DNA of 64,000 nt from the human T2T-CHM13v2.0 reference genome, Homo sapiens. Position numbers and translations under genes: made by a program. The stretch is from NCBI RefSeq assembly GCF_009914755.1, contig NC_060933.1. One strand, written 5' to 3'. Shown piece after piece: positions 59,594 through 64,000 of this stretch. The notes under the pieces were generated by a model. That model did not search any database. It worked only from the letters and a program-made list of their open reading frames with translations, and was not told where the DNA came from. Within the stretch, counting starts at the first letter, position 1. Every line of letters begins with the position of its first letter.

Positions 59594-62500
59594 AAAATGG
59601 GCATAATAACATTTACTTCAAATTCTAGAACCCAAAATGCTTATTTTCATTAAAGTTGACAGTGAAAACTGATCATTGAAAAGCTTCATTTTAAAATATA
59701 CTTCAATAAACATCTAGAGAAGCATCATTTTAGTTCTTTTACTCAACAGGAAAAAAATGGGAGAAAACAGCTATAAAGTAATTTAGAATCATAATAATAA
59801 TGGCGATGCAGTCAATGATTTCTGTTGCCTCTCCAGGGGTTTAACTACTGGTTTTTGAGGTGAGAACTCTGCAAATCTCTGAACTATGTAGAAAAGTATC
59901 AAAAGCACTTCAGTCTGGCAATTTGGCTAGGCAAATAAGTATACTTGTAGTCCTCATTCTAACATTCGATTCTCTAAAGCACTCTGATATCAAACCAAAG
60001 AACATCTCACTATCCTCCACAATTACATCAATGGCTAACCATCAAGAGAGAAGATCTCCCACATGTAGAGTAGATTTATTGACAATCCTAGTGGGTCCAA
60101 AAATTTCACTCCCCAGCCAATTAAATTGCCATCTACACTATGGGGTTGTGAAAACCAGATCTTTTTGACAAATCTTAGTAGCATTGTTGTTTCACTAAGC
60201 AGAAATATACCAAGGTGTTAAAAATGCTGTTTTGTTCATCTGTTAGTGAAACTAAAAAACATATTACTAAAGTTTAGGAACATTGCAGAAAACTTAGCCT
60301 AATTAAATACAGATTCATCAAATGCTGGTGTAAACTCAGCAAAAGTAGTCCTTCTGAGTTATAATGGTACAGTAGGTTCCTAATCTCAATAAATCATCAT
60401 GACGCTTGTCTTTGGTAGCCTATGATATGCCAAGCTCTTTATTTCCATTACCTCAAATTCTTGCAGCCATCTTGTGGAGTCAGCGTTATTTTCTCCACAT
60501 TGCGGCTGAGGAAACAGAGACTTTCAAGAGGTTCAGTAAATTGTCCAGTGTTACAGAACTATCAGGTAGGAGATCATGATTCACCCTAGGTCTTCCTGAC
60601 TCTGAAGCGTAATTTACACCATTCTCGTGTGATTAAGAGGCTGTAGAATGCAAAACAAAATTTATTATTATTTTGAATGAGAAATAGAAATGAGGGGGGT
60701 AACCATGTCTTCCTGCAGGACTTAGTCTGTGGGCCTAGAACTGCATAATTTATACATGCTAAGTCCTGGGACAGCCCACAAAATGAGCAGAAAAGGGACA
60801 GTGAGCAAGAGTTTCTCACAGGTTGAGGGGGATACATTTAGGAACACTCACACTGTCACATTTTGCCTACTCTGAACAGTTTTCAAGCTTGGGGTAAAAA
60901 TGAAGGCCAGAACTAGATTCTGGGTTATGGGTTTGAAGAAAAAGAGGCCTTAAGGATTATATTCAGGGCACAATTGTTGGAGGGAGTTAAGTGTACAGGG
61001 AGACCTGGTGGAAAGCTTCATAATTGCGATTTGATTTCAATGCATGTGATCTCAAATGACTGACCCTTCCTCCTCAAGTTCTATTTTGTAAGAGCTTATG
61101 TAGCAAAGTATTTCAAGGAAGTGATGATTGAGCTTGCAAACAAAATATTATATTTTCATAGGGGCTGCAAAAAACATAATTTTTGTCTTTTACATGCAGT
61201 AAGTATTTGCAGTGATAAGCCAGGATTTCTAAGGAAAAGACACCTCAGCTTCAATGACAAAATTTTTCTTTATAAATTAGGGGCTATCTTCTCTTAAGTG
61301 TGCTTAGAATCCAAATTTACCTTTGGTTTAGAGTAAATCCAGGGGATTAGAATATTTTCACAATAAAACTTTGTGTGGTCCTGCTTTTCTTTCATTTTTT
61401 CCACTTTGGTTCAGGTGTGGAGGAATCATAAGTGGGTATTTGGGTAATACCAATACAACTCACATTTCTAAATCTTGAGGTATTATTAACTGTATTTTCC
61501 AATACCACAAACCAATTTTAGGCCTGAAACTTTTGAATTATTGTAGAACACAAAACAAAACAAAGCAAAACAAATGCACCCCCAGTGGCAGATACTCCTG
61601 CTCGCAGTGGGACTGACAATCTGATGATCCTTTCGGGCTCTTCATTACCTAACAAAAGAGGATTGTTTTTCTTTGTTGGACGGTCAGTATTTTATTCTTG
61701 AATTACCACTTTCATACACTAGCTGCAATCAGAGTAATGTTTTTACCTATCTCAGCAGGCTTTAAATACTTTCTGCTTCATCTTTGTGTCTCCAGCTCAC
61801 CATGAATCTGTTCCCGTAACTGCCGATTTCTTTTAGCATTGGTACAGTGACATTAATTTTCTGACTGCTTGTTTCTATTTCTATTTTACATAATCTTTAA
61901 AAAAAGTGGTTTTATTTTGGATTGAAGGAGACTAGTTTCATCTTGAATTGGTTTTGAACGTTTAGGAAGTTGGATATTTGCGATGCTGATTGATCATGCT
62001 ATTTTTCCCATTGATCTGGGCCTCATCATTTCATTAGACAGAATTACTCTTTTATTTTAGGAAACAGTTTCATTATCTAGACTAGCTGTTGCTCCTCTTA
62101 TTGATAAATTCTCTTTCTGTAATAAGATGTGTATCTGTTGTCTTTTTTATCAGCTGCCCCTAAATTACAATGAGGATGTATTTGGGTGGTGGGTTGAGCG
62201 GGAGGTTGGTTATTTTTTTCTCCTTAATAAGTGCAGGTGAGTCAGTCACCCAAGATTTCAAATTGGTCCTTGTTTTTAAAGACCACCAGACACAGATGTA
62301 TTTCTAGCACTCACACATGAATTTCCCAGAATTATCTGGGAAAACCCTTTGGTGAAGGATTTTTTTCTTTTTTAATTGAAGTGCTAGTGGTTGCACTTAG
62401 CCCAACAAGAAGCACTACACAAAATGTCTCTCTTAGGAGATGTCCTGCTTCTTCTAAACCTTGTGTTGGGCCTGTGAAATACTCTGAACTGCTCAGAGTA

Positions 62501-63029
62501 AAAATGTAATGCAAATACTGGGTAGTGATAGTGTCATTAATTATGCTGTTTTTGCAGCTGAAAACTAGAAAACTAGAAGTGTTTAAGGTGAGGTTCAGCT
62601 GAGATTCACTGAACGGAGAAGAGTCACGTAGCCTGGCTGCGAACCACATCCAAGTGTGGCCATGGCAGGGGAGATGACAAGTTCATAACAATAATGGTAT
62701 GCAATAATACACTGATGTTATGACATACGGTATACATGTAAACTATTATAAAAATCATATGATTTTCCTGGTGTGTTATTTTTCTGTTTACCTTTGAAAG
62801 AATGGGTAAAAGGCCTTTGGAACCTGCATAACAAATTAAGACTCAGGAATCCTCTGAATGCTATGGTAAACAAAAATCAACAGAGTCAAGAAAGAGAGTG
62901 TGTGTACAAAGTGTGTGTAACCATGAGGACGCGACGTGCCATACTTGGCTTTTTGATCCATTTGTCAAAGAACTTCCTGACAAATAGATGTGTGTCTCTG
63001 CTTCACCTTTGTGGATCCGTTTGGAAATA

Positions 63030-63275
63030 GTGTTATATGGTGATTGATAGCATAAGTTATACAGCCAAGTCCAGCTGGCTTGAATTCTAGTTCTACTTAC
63101 TACCTGTGTATTTGAGTTACTGTGTGTAACTCAAAGCCTCAGTTTTGTCGTCTGTGAAACAGGAATAAGAATGTTACCCACGTCATGTGATTTTCAATAT
63201 CATGCAACAATCATGCACATAAAACATACACTGCCTGGCCCTGGCCAAGTGCTCACTAGATGTTGGTTATTACTA
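63030..63275 (+). mobile_element. MIR relic
   Basis: gcctcagttttgtcgtctgtgaaacaggaataa...tgcctggc...aagtgctcactagatgttggttatta. Confidence 0.7.
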
Positions 63276-64000
63276 TGAGTTCAGCAAAGGATGCAAAACT
63301 ATAAATGATTACATATACAGAACTCCCGAGAAAGTCATGTTCATTTCCTTGGTTTGAAAGGTCATAGATGGCTACCCATATCTTGTAGGTGTTTATAAAT
63401 GTGACTCTCTTCATATATATTTTTGTTTAAGGGCATTTGTTAATTCCAGGAAGAAATTTGAGGGGTGTGTAGCATAACTACATGTGATTTATTATAGGGC
63501 GGTGGTCACGAGACTCAGGATTGGGAGATGTTGTTCTTTTCTCCAGGTGGGTTAGACTTTTGATCTCTCAATAGTTGCTTGCTTCAAAGCTCTTGTTGCA
63601 CAAGTTTGTCTATTCTTGGAGATCAGAGAGGTCTCAGTTTTCAGAGGCCACTGGAGTGTGGGTCCAAGATACTTGGCAGAGAGAAATAGGTATTAGGGAG
63701 TCCTAAATTATGGTTGTGGACTGTGGAGTTCCCTGCAGAGAGCACTCAGCCTTCTCTCTCTGCATTTGTTTTATAAATGGTTTATGAGATCTCTCATAGT
63801 TTGACTTAGTCTTCACGTCTGCATCATCCCTGTGAGTATAAATACAAATGAAAAGTAAGATGTGAATCAGACGTATCCATAAACAAGAGTCGTCTCTGGA
63901 TTCTAGCAATAAATAAACCATAATGTCCAGCAAAATTAACCTATGGCTATTTCCTGAGCTAATTATCTTCCCACAGATAGAAACACTACTGATTCCAGGT

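Noticed and set aside
63111-63135. Perfect 10-bp hairpin TTTGAGTTAC-tgtgt-GTAACTCAAA in a MIR
   Set aside because: A 10-bp stem is roughly expected by chance in 64 kb of AT-rich sequence.

Overview
Human genomic DNA (human-specific AluYa5 and AluYb8 copies present). The window lies inside a large + strand gene encoding a furin-family proprotein convertase, recognised as PCSK5 (PC5/6). Four internal coding exons (600-688, 4370-4542, 28534-28746, 39895-39995; probably exons 6-9, numbering from memory) have canonical AG/GT boundaries. They splice in frame to give most of the subtilisin-like S8 catalytic domain: catalytic His (HGTRCAG), oxyanion Asn (WASGNGG) and catalytic Ser (GTSASAP). About 99% of the window is AT-rich intron filled with Alus, L1 fragments, MIR/L2 relics, an MLT1 LTR, hAT and Tigger MITEs and microsatellites. 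The other ORFs in the track are repeat-derived or chance. I see no evidence of a new gene or multi-gene system. The most unusual structures are a perfect 33-bp-stem palindrome inside an Alu (11904-11973), three Alus stacked at one repeatedly duplicated target site (29232-30110), two very young and possibly dimorphic Alus, and a strong decoy acceptor 49 nt upstream of the catalytic-Ser exon. Repeat subfamily names come from recalled consensus sequences and need RepeatMasker/Dfam confirmation.
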